64,000 nucleotides of DNA from a virus (IMGVR_UViG_3300010049_000009:64001-128000), one strand, 5' to 3'; numbered from the stretch's first letter, positions 37,443-47,255 are shown. The notes: generated by a model not told the origin, from the sequence alone. Made by a program: numbers and translations.

Positions 37443-37757
37443 TTATTTAATTTTAACGTTATCATATGTTTCGTGGAAAATATCTATCTTACAAGGATAA
37501 CATTCCCCTCTAACACCAATAATCAACATGTCTGATTGCGACATTTTCATTTCACCTTCGAGTGTGTCAATTATAAAGTGTGTATCAGACGCATATCGTT
37601 GTGGTTCTGTAAAATCCCCACCCGGAACAAAAGTAATTGTGCGTTCCCCAAGTTTAAATGAGTCTGTTGTTTTCGTATCAGCATTACTATACATCCAAAA
37701 AAGTTCGTCAAATGTATAAGCGTCTATCACTACCGGTTTTTTAATAAATTTAGCCAT
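37443..37757 (-). CDS. PGDYG-like phage protein
   Basis: KKPVVIDA...TLEGEM...IIGVRGECYPCKIDIFHETY. Confidence 0.75.
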   Translation of the reverse strand: MAKFIKKPVVIDAYTFDELFWMYSNADTKTTDSFKLGERTITFVPGGDFTEPQRYASDTHFIIDTLEGEMKMSQSDMLIIGVRGECYPCKIDIFHETYDNVKIK

Positions 37758-37779
37758 TGTTTTATATTTTTTAAAATGA

Positions 37780-38310
37780 TTATCCTTCTCCCATTACTAC
37801 TTCTATGAAGACATTATCGTCTTCAATTACTTTACAAAATTCCTGAACAATTTTTTGACAATCTTCTACCGTTGAAGAAGACCATGTTGATAAACACCCA
37901 AAATCAAATGGGTTTTCACCTTTGTCACCAAATATTGGTATAGATTCTTCACCCATAACAACATCAACGTATAAATGAGCAAGTAAAGCTCTTGCAGTTC
38001 CAATACAAGCATCTGTTTTGGTTTGACAAGCATCTGATTCGTCAAGTTTTGCACAGTTGAGATAACCAAAGAGCGTTGCTGCCTTTTCATCTCGTGTATA
38101 TGCTTGCCACATTTTACCGTTTTCGTATATGTAATATCCGTCACCTGCACCCAAAAATCTTTTATACATTTGACAAAAAACATCGGGATACAAAACAAAA
38201 TCCACAACCAAACCATTTTTTTGGTTTTCGGGGTTTTTGGATTTAATGGTTAAACTATGTACCGAACTACTGTTCGTTTCAAATACCGCATTTCTAATTT
38301 TTGTGATCAT
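37780..38310 (-). CDS. FETNSSS-family protein
   Basis: KIRNAVFETNSSSVHSL; LYPDVF and EKAA shared with 36905..37432. Confidence 0.8.
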   Translation of the reverse strand: MITKIRNAVFETNSSSVHSLTIKSKNPENQKNGLVVDFVLYPDVFCQMYKRFLGAGDGYYIYENGKMWQAYTRDEKAATLFGYLNCAKLDESDACQTKTDACIGTARALLAHLYVDVVMGEESIPIFGDKGENPFDFGCLSTWSSSTVEDCQKIVQEFCKVIEDDNVFIEVVMGEG

Positions 38311-38314
38311 ATTT

Positions 38315-38509
38315 TTAAAAAATTAAATTTCCAACATCCTTTAAACTTTTACCTAAACCACTATCTTCTTTGTCGTCTGAATTAACATTCAAGACATCAA
38401 CGGAATCTTTCATAACCGATAAAGGTACTTTCATTGCTTCCAATGTGGTTTCTAATGGTAGTTTTAACGGACTTACCGCCGCTTTTAATATTCCTCCTAA
38501 TATTCCCAT
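38315..38509 (-). CDS. Small amphipathic hypothetical protein
   Basis: 64 aa ORF. Confidence 0.65.
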   Translation of the reverse strand: MGILGGILKAAVSPLKLPLETTLEAMKVPLSVMKDSVDVLNVNSDDKEDSGLGKSLKDVGNLIF

Positions 38510-38513
38510 TTTA

Positions 38514-38759
38514 TTAAATTAAATCTTTCATTTGTTCGAGAGTTCGTTCAAAATTCTCTCGTTGTTCTTCCATTGAGGGTTCAGGATAAAACTTTTCATC
38601 TAAATCGGGAAACAACAACTTATCTATCTTTGGGTCTGCTGTCATTTGTGGATTACCGAAGTGGTTAGGGGTATATTTATGAGCGGTTAAATCCCATATA
38701 ATATACCCAACTACCAACGCCGGCATACTAAAAGTAACTATCCAACTCCACCAATTCAT
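38514..38759 (-). CDS. Small membrane-anchored protein
   Basis: N-terminal TM helix. Confidence 0.65.
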   Translation of the reverse strand: MNWWSWIVTFSMPALVVGYIIWDLTAHKYTPNHFGNPQMTADPKIDKLLFPDLDEKFYPEPSMEEQRENFERTLEQMKDLI

Positions 38760-39118
38760 AGTTCTACAACAAACTGTAATTCGTTATAACTTCTATCAAC
38801 GATAAAATCGTGTTTTGTTTCGCTACCATCCGGCTGACGGATTATAACTTTTACATTGGGATTGTATCCCAAATTGTGTTTTTTTTGGATTTGTGCGGAT
38901 TCAATATCGTTTATTTCTTCCACAAGACTCTCCACTGTCCATTTATCTGTTATATTTATCATGTTACTATATTTAAAATTAAGGTTATTAAGTTCACCAT
39001 AAAATTCATTTGTTCTTCTATCCATTTCACTTATTTGCCAATCACGAAGGTATCTATCCTGTTCGACATGACGTTTCCACGCTTCAACCCTCTCTTCGTA
39101 ACTTCTCATGGTTTCCAA
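38756..39118 (-). CDS. Hypothetical protein
   Basis: 120 aa ORF, coupled overlaps. Confidence 0.7.
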   Translation of the reverse strand: METMRSYEERVEAWKRHVEQDRYLRDWQISEMDRRTNEFYGELNNLNFKYSNMINITDKWTVESLVEEINDIESAQIQKKHNLGYNPNVKVIIRQPDGSETKHDFIVDRSYNELQFVVEL

Positions 39119-39414
39119 CCGTCAACGTTAATATGTTTAACTTCGTTTTTGTTGAAAATAACAGGTTCACTCCGACTATTAGCGTTTGTACCCGGTATTA
39201 TTGCAAATACCTCTTCCGAAATTTGCACCACATCCCACCTGTGCCCACTATACACTTTTCTTGGGAAGGATTCTGTACCTGTTAAAATAGATTGTTGTGG
39301 TTTATTATAACTTGTGTCTTGACAGGAAGTCATTAGGGATATGAATAATAACCCCATTAATGCTATCAAAACAATAATTATAATGCGCTTATGTTTATTG
39401 AATGAGGTTTTCAT
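39106..39414 (-). CDS. Putative lipoprotein
   Basis: Basic N-terminus, hydrophobic stretch, lipobox-like LMTSC. Confidence 0.65.
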   Translation of the reverse strand: MKTSFNKHKRIIIIVLIALMGLLFISLMTSCQDTSYNKPQQSILTGTESFPRKVYSGHRWDVVQISEEVFAIIPGTNANSRSEPVIFNKNEVKHINVDGWKP

Positions 39415-40039
39415 AATGCCAATCTATTAGTTTGTTATATTCATCTTTGTCTATATGTTCATATTTCAACGCTGTGTCAATAATATCGGTAAATGTTACT
39501 AAATTAGATACAGGAACAGGTGGTTCACCCCTATAAAAACCATAATTAAATAAATTTACTATTGCCAATACCTCAACACTACGCTCTTTCTTTTGTATTT
39601 CTTCTACTGCTCTAAATACACTGCTACCGGTTGAGAATGTATCTTCGATAACAACAACCTGTGCGTGTGGTTGTATAACACCCTCAACAAGGTTTTTAGT
39701 ACCATGACTTTTTGATTGCGACCTAACATATATAAGTGGTAGTTGCATCCTATCTGCTATTGAGGTTGCTTGTGATATTGCACCTGTTGCTACACCCGCG
39801 ATACAATTTACTTCGGGAAAATATCGCATTATTGTACGTATAAACCTTTCCCTTATTAATTGACGTACACCATAATATGATAGTGAAATTCTATTATCAA
39901 TGTACATTGGGGATTTTATTCCGGATGCAAACGTGAATAGGTTTTCAAAATCGAATTTTACTGCTTCAATGTCTAATAATAAACCCGGTATTTCATTATG
40001 ACACTTTAAACAATCTCCACTACAACTATTATCTTCCAT
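39395..40039 (-). CDS. pyrE: Orotate phosphoribosyltransferase
   Basis: FTFASGIKSPMYIDNR, AGVATGAI, YVRSQSKSHG, VVVIEDTFSTGSS. Confidence 0.93.
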   Translation of the reverse strand: MEDNSCSGDCLKCHNEIPGLLLDIEAVKFDFENLFTFASGIKSPMYIDNRISLSYYGVRQLIRERFIRTIMRYFPEVNCIAGVATGAISQATSIADRMQLPLIYVRSQSKSHGTKNLVEGVIQPHAQVVVIEDTFSTGSSVFRAVEEIQKKERSVEVLAIVNLFNYGFYRGEPPVPVSNLVTFTDIIDTALKYEHIDKDEYNKLIDWHYENLIQ

Positions 40040-40142
40040 ATTATCTTAATGTTTTTTAAATTTTTCAAAAAAAGAAACGAACTTTTCGGTCATTGGTATT
40101 CGTTTCGGACATGCCATTGTCACCAATACTTTAAATATACTT

Positions 40143-41204
40143 TTAACTTTTATTATTAACAAGTCTTTCCCAATACCAATTTTCGGGATCGGGGTGGTGA
40201 TAAATTTCTTGTGTGAAAACCTGTGATGATTTATTTTTATGTGGTGTATATATTAAAGCGTTTTCAAAAGACATACCCCTCCTTATTCTACCACGAAGCG
40301 CACCATCCGTTATATTGTATTCCCTTGCCCATTGTGCTATGGTTTGAGTTTTTTCTTTAAAGGTGATAAATACATTAGTTATTTTGTTATTTTGTTGTTC
40401 TTCATTAGTTGCCCACCGACAATTTTCAGGTGTATAATTTTTATTACGATCAATTCTGTCAATGGATAAATGATCTTGATATCCGTTGGATAATGCCCAA
40501 TCTTTAAATTTTGTAAAATCATTACACCACTCATCGCAAACACGTATACCACGTTCAAAATATAATTTTAAATTCTTTTTTGGTGCATTGGGAGAACATC
40601 TTCTTTTCATATCAGATAATATTCCACGTATTCTTTTTTCACCTTGACGAGGTGGTTTAATTTTTAAACACCCACAATTAATTTTAATCCCTTGTAATAG
40701 AGAATGTGCGCGTGCTATGGTTGTTTTTCCACAATCACATTGACATTTCCAATGATTATGCCCATATTTGTAGTAACTAAACTCAATTACTGTTAACATA
40801 ACAAATCTTTGTCCTATCAAATCCTTACTTGATTCCTTTTCACAAAAACAAGAGGGTGGTTTTGATTTTAATACATATTCTCGTACTATACTTGTTTTTC
40901 TATAATCACATTGACATTTCCAATGATTATGCCCATATTTGTAGTAACTAAATTCAATTACTGTTAATGTGTTAAATCTCTGTCCGGTTAAATCTTTACG
41001 TGGGACTTTTACTTTTTTTGTTTTTGTGCACGAACAGGGGGTTGGGTTTGTTTTTAATACATATTCTCGTTGTATCTTTGTTTTCCCACAATCACATTGA
41101 CATTTCCAATAATTATTTCTATTGTTTTGACGGTAACTAAACTCAATTACAGTTAATGCACCAAATCTTTGCCCTGTTAAATCATTTTTTGGTTTATATT
41201 CCAT
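40143..41204 (-). CDS. HNH homing endonuclease with N-terminal DLTGQRF...CQCDCG repeats
   Basis: Three repeats plus IRVCDEW...SIDRID..KNYTPENCRWAT..QQNNK. Confidence 0.88.
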   Translation of the reverse strand: MEYKPKNDLTGQRFGALTVIEFSYRQNNRNNYWKCQCDCGKTKIQREYVLKTNPTPCSCTKTKKVKVPRKDLTGQRFNTLTVIEFSYYKYGHNHWKCQCDYRKTSIVREYVLKSKPPSCFCEKESSKDLIGQRFVMLTVIEFSYYKYGHNHWKCQCDCGKTTIARAHSLLQGIKINCGCLKIKPPRQGEKRIRGILSDMKRRCSPNAPKKNLKLYFERGIRVCDEWCNDFTKFKDWALSNGYQDHLSIDRIDRNKNYTPENCRWATNEEQQNNKITNVFITFKEKTQTIAQWAREYNITDGALRGRIRRGMSFENALIYTPHKNKSSQVFTQEIYHHPDPENWYWERLVNNKS

Positions 41205-41210
41205 ATTATA

Positions 41211-42395
41211 TTAAAAATGAAACGAACTTTTTGATTCACAAATTTCCGTTTCCGATATATTATTATTGTTATTCATATCGTAAATATACTTTGGGTTTTC
41301 GTGTTTTCCAACCATTTCCCAATACCAACTTTCAGCGTCGGGTGAAAAATAAACTTCCTGTGGGGAAATTGGTTGTTGCTCATTTCTATTTTTAATTGAT
41401 TTTGTTAGGGTTTTTTCAACTGTCCAACCGTTGTTAAGTCGTTCATAAATTAATTGTTTGCTTATTCCAATTTCTGTTGACCATTGTTTGATTGTTTGGG
41501 TTTTACCGTTGAACGTTATTGGGTGTGAGAAACCATTGACTATTCTTTTAGTGGGGGTAGGTATAACAGGAATTGGGACTTCGGGTGGTTTGACAAGAGA
41601 TTTAGTACGACCATATTTTTTTACTGATAAGGACTCTTCAATAGACCAACCTAATCTATGTGTTCTATAATAAAGGGTGTGTGGTGTTATCCCAATTTCA
41701 TCTGCCCACTCTGTGAGAGTTTGTGTTTTATTATTAAATGTAATGGGTTTTATAAAATTGGATTTAGAATGAATACCCCTTTTATTTGTTAAAGCGGTTT
41801 CTATACTCCAACCTAACGTATTTAATCTACCATAAAGTGTTTGTGGTGTTATTCCAATTTCTTCCGCCCACTCTGTGAGAGTTTGTGTTTTGTTATTAAA
41901 TGTAATGGGTGTTTTGGGAGTATATTGGTGGTGATTAACCTTTTTTGTTAATATTTTTTCAAAATCCCAACCACTTTCAAGTCTATTGTCAAATGTTCTT
42001 TTATGTACCCCAATTTCATCTGCCCACTGTTTTTTATTTTGTGTTCTACCGTCAATCGTAATAAGCACATTACTCTTTCTGTTGTTTGCTTGTGTTTTCA
42101 TATCCACCCACCGACAGTTTTCGGGTGTGTAATTACCGTCATTATCAATCCTATCAATAGTTAAATCGTCTTGATAACCATTGGCTAACGCCCAATCTTT
42201 AAACGCAGCAAAACCTCTACTTTCATTCCACTCTTCACAAACTGCTATCCCTCGACCGCCGTATCTATCATAAGCAAATGTGTTTGGATTACCACACCTA
42301 CTTTTCATAATTCCCCAAATACCATACAATCTTTTATATAGTAATGGTAATTTTAGGTTATGATCCTTTTTTGGTCGCCCCTTTCGCCTTTTCAT
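41211..42395 (-). CDS. HNH homing endonuclease with four C-terminal helical DNA-binding repeats
   Basis: YGGRGI.VCEEW...TIDRIDNDGNYTPENCRW; repeats ITFNNKTQTLTEWA.EIGI. Confidence 0.88.
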   Translation of the reverse strand: MKRRKGRPKKDHNLKLPLLYKRLYGIWGIMKSRCGNPNTFAYDRYGGRGIAVCEEWNESRGFAAFKDWALANGYQDDLTIDRIDNDGNYTPENCRWVDMKTQANNRKSNVLITIDGRTQNKKQWADEIGVHKRTFDNRLESGWDFEKILTKKVNHHQYTPKTPITFNNKTQTLTEWAEEIGITPQTLYGRLNTLGWSIETALTNKRGIHSKSNFIKPITFNNKTQTLTEWADEIGITPHTLYYRTHRLGWSIEESLSVKKYGRTKSLVKPPEVPIPVIPTPTKRIVNGFSHPITFNGKTQTIKQWSTEIGISKQLIYERLNNGWTVEKTLTKSIKNRNEQQPISPQEVYFSPDAESWYWEMVGKHENPKYIYDMNNNNNISETEICESKSSFHF

Positions 42396-43149
42396 ATATA
42401 AATAATTTTTCTATCTTCTTATCGTGTTTAACGTTGTTGATTTTCGTTGTAATCTCCATTTCCCAAACACACTTAAATTCGGGTGGTGCAGAATATTCGG
42501 AAACAAAAACCCAATTATTTAATGACATAAATTTTACCCATTTCCAAAAATGATTATAATCAAACTTTTTATGTTCATATTCTTTTGTTCCCGAATATGG
42601 TGGGTCACAATAAATTACAAAATTAGTCATTAGTGGGTTTGCTTCACTATAACAACCTGTGTGGAGTTCAACTCCCTTCAATTTGGGTAGTTGCTTCATT
42701 GTGTTTCGGATTGCTTCCCCCGACATGTCACGTGGGGTTACACCATCTGCTTTGAAACTACGAGCATATCCCTCAAAATATCTTGCACCAAATGAAGCAT
42801 GAAAGCCAACAAATGCTATATACCAATCAGGTATATGTGTTGTTACAAATTGGTTTTTAGAAATATTATCCCTATAATCTTTCACCTGACGATATTCCTG
42901 TTCTGTGATATGTGTTGGAATATTGTAATCGTGGGGGTGATCATGAGCATCAAGTAAGTAATACCACATTTCTATCAGTTCTTTGTGAATATCACTACCC
43001 ATTCTTCTTTTATGGGTAATTTTATCCATCATATTACCACCACCGAAAAACGGTTCATAATACCCTACCGCATTATTGTTGTCAAGACAATTCTGCAATA
43101 TTGGTGCAATGTGTTTACTTATCTTATTTTTTGATCCTAAAAATTTCAT
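42358..43149 (-). CDS. DNA adenine methyltransferase (Dam/D12-like)
   Basis: FLGSK, YYEPFFGGG (motif I), IYCDPPY (motif IV). Confidence 0.9.
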   Translation of the reverse strand: MKFLGSKNKISKHIAPILQNCLDNNNAVGYYEPFFGGGNMMDKITHKRRMGSDIHKELIEMWYYLLDAHDHPHDYNIPTHITEQEYRQVKDYRDNISKNQFVTTHIPDWYIAFVGFHASFGARYFEGYARSFKADGVTPRDMSGEAIRNTMKQLPKLKGVELHTGCYSEANPLMTNFVIYCDPPYSGTKEYEHKKFDYNHFWKWVKFMSLNNWVFVSEYSAPPEFKCVWEMEITTKINNVKHDKKIEKLFIYEKAKGATKKGS

Positions 43150-43325
43150 TGTTTATTTGATACACTTCGCCCATACGAAGTTTCGGATTTATAATTTTTA
43201 CCCCTTGTTTTCTCTTTATACCTACGATAATCCCCAACAACATTAGTTGGAATAAAAAACCAATGTATTAACATAAAGATAATCGCAGCACTCCATAAAA
43301 ATTCAACAAAGGTTAATTCTTTCAT
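43146..43325 (-). CDS. Small membrane protein (59 aa)
   Basis: MKELTFVEFLWSAAIIFMLIHWFFIP...; ATGA overlap with the MTase start. Confidence 0.55.
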   Translation of the reverse strand: MKELTFVEFLWSAAIIFMLIHWFFIPTNVVGDYRRYKEKTRGKNYKSETSYGRSVSNKQ

Positions 43326-43328
43326 GTT

Positions 43329-43826
43329 TTATTGATTATCATTGGTGATTTCAACTTCTATATCTTCATTATAAATAAAATCCTCAATAGTAATTCCATA
43401 ATATTTAAGGAAATCAGCAAGTGAACTATAATCTTCATGACTTTGGTGGTCAATGTAACCGGCGTGGTACAAATAACCATTTTCATTGTGCATACCATCA
43501 TCTATTAGTAGGATTTCCTTCGGAATAATATTCTGAATGGTTTTAAATCCTTCCAATTGATAAATTTCATCAATGTTTTTACAATGAACCGCTTCGGTTT
43601 CAATTACCATCATAATGGCGTATTGAAGTTTCTCAAATTGGTCGTTGAATCTTTCATATCCCCAACCATATTCGCAGTTATCAAGTACAATATGTATTTT
43701 ACCTGTATAATCAACAACAGGAAAATAACACTCATGGTGAGTGTATGTTCCTAGTTCCCCATTAATAGTAATAACGTGACTCGAACTACTATTGGTTTCA
43801 AAAACACTATTTCTTCTTTTATTCAT
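43329..43826 (-). CDS. FETNSSS-family protein
   Basis: RRNSVFETNSSSSH; EYGWGYE, HAGYIDHQS. Confidence 0.8.
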   Translation of the reverse strand: MNKRRNSVFETNSSSSHVITINGELGTYTHHECYFPVVDYTGKIHIVLDNCEYGWGYERFNDQFEKLQYAIMMVIETEAVHCKNIDEIYQLEGFKTIQNIIPKEILLIDDGMHNENGYLYHAGYIDHQSHEDYSSLADFLKYYGITIEDFIYNEDIEVEITNDNQ

Positions 43827-43828
43827 TT

Positions 43829-44044
43829 TTAAAAAAGTTTACCGCAAGTTATACAACTAATATTTTCGACACCACCAATGTAACTATGACATTCAGGACA
43901 CACATCTTTGGTGTTTTTTTTTGATTTACACTTTGGTTCAGCGGGTTGTTCAGGAATTACAAATTCCTTACATTTTATGCAGTAGTTATAATCTTCTACC
44001 ACATAATCACCGCATAATGGACAGGTCATATCTTCTTCTATCAT
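43829..44044 (-). CDS. Double zinc-ribbon protein
   Basis: CPLC..CIKC..CPEC..CITC. Confidence 0.7.
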   Translation of the reverse strand: MIEEDMTCPLCGDYVVEDYNYCIKCKEFVIPEQPAEPKCKSKKNTKDVCPECHSYIGGVENISCITCGKLF

Positions 44045-44046
44045 TT

Positions 44047-44391
44047 TTAAAATGGTGGGTTGTTTCTATCAAATCTATCGGGTTCAGTTTCAAATTTCAT
44101 TTCATACATATAATCTACTGATGTTACAAAACCCAAAAGAAATAAAGCGTAATCAACCGGTGTTAGATATTGTTTAAAGTAAACCACCTCACCCCACGCT
44201 TTTTCTGATGTTTTTTGAACATTTTCGTTTTTAGAAAAATCCATTTGAGAAAAATAGTCAAACGCACTTTCAAACCCCAAAATAAATAAGGATTTATCAA
44301 CCAATATTAGGTGTGGTTTAATATGGATGGTTTCTCCCCACGCCTGTTTAGATGCTTTTTCTATGCTTTCGCCTGTTATTATTCTACCCAT
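44047..44391 (-). CDS. Hypothetical protein with internal duplication
   Basis: Two copies of K.S..AWGE......L..VD..LF.LGF....DY. Confidence 0.7.
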   Translation of the reverse strand: MGRIITGESIEKASKQAWGETIHIKPHLILVDKSLFILGFESAFDYFSQMDFSKNENVQKTSEKAWGEVVYFKQYLTPVDYALFLLGFVTSVDYMYEMKFETEPDRFDRNNPPF

Positions 44392-44836
44392 TGTATTCTT
44401 TGTTAAGATGTCTTTTGTGTAATTTCATATCCACATCAGTTATTTTCAAATCTTTTCCATATATTGATGTGGGCGGGTATTTTTCAAACTCAACTAAATG
44501 TTGTTTAGATAAACCGAAATAATTAGATTCAAAACGAATTATTCTACCCGCTTCTAAAAGACTTGTTTCCTCACCGATATAACTCAAATCTTTTATATCA
44601 ATTTTTGTTAAATCACCTTTTAGTTGCATATATTGTTCCACTGTCATAGATACACTTGCTACCGGTGGTATGAGAGGTTTTTTCTTTGACATTTTTGCTA
44701 ATTCACCTAATATAAAAAGACCCGCTAAACCAAATGCTGCTACGGCATAGAAATTTTCAAATGCCCATATTCCTATTAGACTAAATGCCGCTAACAGGAT
44801 AAATAATGTTGATGCTATGTAATGTACTATTTTCAT
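44384..44836 (-). CDS. Membrane-anchored hypothetical protein
   Basis: Two N-terminal TM helices. Confidence 0.7.
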   Translation of the reverse strand: MKIVHYIASTLFILLAAFSLIGIWAFENFYAVAAFGLAGLFILGELAKMSKKKPLIPPVASVSMTVEQYMQLKGDLTKIDIKDLSYIGEETSLLEAGRIIRFESNYFGLSKQHLVEFEKYPPTSIYGKDLKITDVDMKLHKRHLNKEYNG

Positions 44837-44852
44837 ACTGTTTACTCAATTT

Positions 44853-45626
44853 CTATTCACCAAAAGGTCGATCACTTTCCATATTATCACCCCAATCATC
44901 TTCATTCTCATCAGATTCGTTGTCAATGAAAACAACTTCAATTCTGATAACTTCACCTACCTCATTGACAGAGTAAAAACATTCGTAACTACCGTCACCA
45001 AGACCCGAAGTAGAAACACAACCATAGGGTATAACACCTGCGCTTAATGCTGTTTCACAAGTTAAATCGCAGCAATGACCATACCATTCATTTATATCAT
45101 CAGAATTACTTCCATGATAAAATTCTGACGGTGTGGTAAAAACTGTTTCGTCACGATAGAATTTGGTATCAACAATAGACATTTGACCGGAATCTACACC
45201 CGCAACAAATTTTGTTATAATTGGTTTAGTGGTAACACAATCAACATAATGTTCGTGTGTTGCTACCAATGAAAATATTCTATTTCCCCAATTAAAAAGA
45301 GGTTTTTTTACAACCTGCGCTACCCATTTACCAAGTTTTGCGTTACCGATTTCGCCGGCGCACCAAGTGTCAGTATCATAACAAGGATCGGATACACGTA
45401 ATACCCCTGAAATACATTCAAATTCACCTACACGGATTGTACCAACCCTTTGCATTTCCACTATGTATTTCAAATCATCAATCTCTCTTTGACGAAGGTT
45501 TGCGCCCGCAGTAAATGCCTTCATAATGTCGGATTTAACTGTTCCAAATTCAGTTGGTGTTTTTAAAACATATGTTTTCGCAGCATGTTCAATGTGTTCT
45601 GCGCTCAATTCATATATATCTATCAT
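44853..45626 (-). CDS. DUF4241-like protein
   Basis: SGVLRVSDPCY, GVDSGQMSI, STSGLGDGSY. Confidence 0.7.
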   Translation of the reverse strand: MIDIYELSAEHIEHAAKTYVLKTPTEFGTVKSDIMKAFTAGANLRQREIDDLKYIVEMQRVGTIRVGEFECISGVLRVSDPCYDTDTWCAGEIGNAKLGKWVAQVVKKPLFNWGNRIFSLVATHEHYVDCVTTKPIITKFVAGVDSGQMSIVDTKFYRDETVFTTPSEFYHGSNSDDINEWYGHCCDLTCETALSAGVIPYGCVSTSGLGDGSYECFYSVNEVGEVIRIEVVFIDNESDENEDDWGDNMESDRPFGE

Positions 45627-45676
45627 TTTTAAAAGTTTTTAAAGGTTTCTTTTAGTAAAAATACATTTTTATTTGA

Positions 45677-46015
45677 TTAAGTACAACCACCGCAACAACC
45701 CCAATCTATTTTTTCATTAACCACTTTCGTCAAATATTCCATGACCATTGGGGTAAAATTTCTAAACAACGCTGTTTCAGGATAAATCATATCGTCATCA
45801 TAGGGTGAAATAACCTCCCAAGGACCGTCTGAACTTTCCCAATCCCCTCTATTGTTTTTGTGGATATGACCACCTGGTCTCAAACAATTTTCCCACGTGT
45901 AAGTTTTTTCAATACCACTTGAAAATACAGCGATAAACACCAATTTTCCACCGCATAGGTTAGGAAACTTGCCGTCATAACTTACAAACTTTATATTTAC
46001 AATTACATCTTTCAT
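45677..46015 (-). CDS. Hypothetical protein
   Basis: YDGKFPNLCGG...WGCCGGC. Confidence 0.7.
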   Translation of the reverse strand: MKDVIVNIKFVSYDGKFPNLCGGKLVFIAVFSSGIEKTYTWENCLRPGGHIHKNNRGDWESSDGPWEVISPYDDDMIYPETALFRNFTPMVMEYLTKVVNEKIDWGCCGGCT

Positions 46016-46239
46016 ACTATTCCATCATATTCTGTACCAATTACTATATCTTCGTGTGTAAATCCACCCGGATCACCATCTTTTGATAAAAACTTTAAGA
46101 TAGATTCCGCACCTGCAATATATGCTTCTCTAATGTGCGCAAAATTTAAACTACCCATAATCAACTCACCATGTTCGAGTTGTTTGTTGGCAAGACTTAC
46201 ACAATATTGAGAAGCATCGATTCCTATTTTATCTTTCAT
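46012..46239 (-). CDS. Hypothetical protein
   Basis: 75 aa ORF. Confidence 0.6.
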   Translation of the reverse strand: MKDKIGIDASQYCVSLANKQLEHGELIMGSLNFAHIREAYIAGAESILKFLSKDGDPGGFTHEDIVIGTEYDGIV

Positions 46240-46253
46240 ATATATTTAATTTT

Positions 46254-46490
46254 TTATTTTTCTTTCCAAAAAAAACAATAACGCGGTGGACCACCAGGTA
46301 TTATAAAGACTTCCTTTTGTTTTCCAAAAGGTTTTCGGTGATTGAGACGATTACAATGTAATACACCATTAATATTTATAACGTGTTCACAACAATTACA
46401 TGTTTTTGATAATTCTAATGAATTATAAAACTTCGCAGATTCGGGACTTGCTGTTGCAAACCCGTCGTCTTTTGTATCGAATAGTGCCAT
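46254..46490 (-). CDS. Cys-rich hypothetical protein
   Basis: CNCCEH..C..C. Confidence 0.65.
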   Translation of the reverse strand: MALFDTKDDGFATASPESAKFYNSLELSKTCNCCEHVININGVLHCNRLNHRKPFGKQKEVFIIPGGPPRYCFFWKEK

Positions 46491-46511
46491 TTTTATAAAG
46501 GTTTTTAAAGA

Positions 46512-46811
46512 TTAATAAATATCTTCTGAAAATAAACGTTTATCATTGGGTGTGGTTCCGGGAATAACCTGTTCACATGCTATTGCTATTTGCATACCCT
46601 CAATACGATCCACCCAGCGACCCTTTGAAGTGATAAATCCTTGGTCTTTCATTGCTTTAGAAACAATTCCTTGAAAGCGGTGAAGTATATCGGCATGTCT
46701 TAATCCGATTTCAATATCATATAAATCAACATTCTTCAACACCCTTACGCAAGAGTGGGGTTCAATCCGTCTAATTGCAGCACAAACTATATATTCTTTA
46801 CTGTTATCCAT
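46512..46811 (-). CDS. Hypothetical phage protein
   Basis: IVCAAI..G.RH..QGFITSKGRWVDR..LFSEDIY; start placed at MDNSKEY. Confidence 0.7.
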   Translation of the reverse strand: MDNSKEYIVCAAIRRIEPHSCVRVLKNVDLYDIEIGLRHADILHRFQGIVSKAMKDQGFITSKGRWVDRIEGMQIAIACEQVIPGTTPNDKRLFSEDIY

Positions 46812-46813
46812 TT

Positions 46814-47032
46814 CTACAAAATTATTATATTTTGAGTATTTTGAACATTTACAATTACCGGACAACCCAAGTCTTGGGATAGTTGTTCTATCTTTTTCAT
46901 TTTGCGACTTTCTTGGTAGAAAACATTGAACACACAGTTTTGACAACCGTAAAAGTTTTCGTCAAAGAAACCAATCTTTGCACCACAATCCGAACAACGT
47001 TTTTCAAATATTTTTTTAATTTTATTCCACAT
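46814..47032 (-). CDS. Hypothetical protein with CxxC pairs
   Basis: CSDC...CQNC. Confidence 0.6.
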   Translation of the reverse strand: MWNKIKKIFEKRCSDCGAKIGFFDENFYGCQNCVFNVFYQESRKMKKIEQLSQDLGCPVIVNVQNTQNIIIL

Positions 47033-47039
47033 AACTAAT

Positions 47040-47255
47040 TTATTTTTTGTATAACACGTATAAAAGAAGGCATATATACCACAAGGCGACTACACCTGTA
47101 AACATTAAAAATTTTGTTATTGTTACCGAAGTTGTAAGAACCCCACTATCATATGTTACAGACATAAAATTCAACACCCCCGTAAAATATAAATAAACTC
47201 CTGTGATAACAGTTATTATCATCATTCCACCAAATATTTTTTCTTTTCCTATCAT
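47040..47255 (-). CDS. Small membrane protein
   Basis: Two TM helices. Confidence 0.65.
   Translation of the reverse strand: MIGKEKIFGGMMIITVITGVYLYFTGVLNFMSVTYDSGVLTTSVTITKFLMFTGVVALWYICLLLYVLYKK

Noticed and set aside
40040-43149. Group I intron housing the HNH genes
   Set aside because: The flanking pyrE and MTase look complete and no P/Q/R/S core was recognisable, so the endonucleases appear free-standing.
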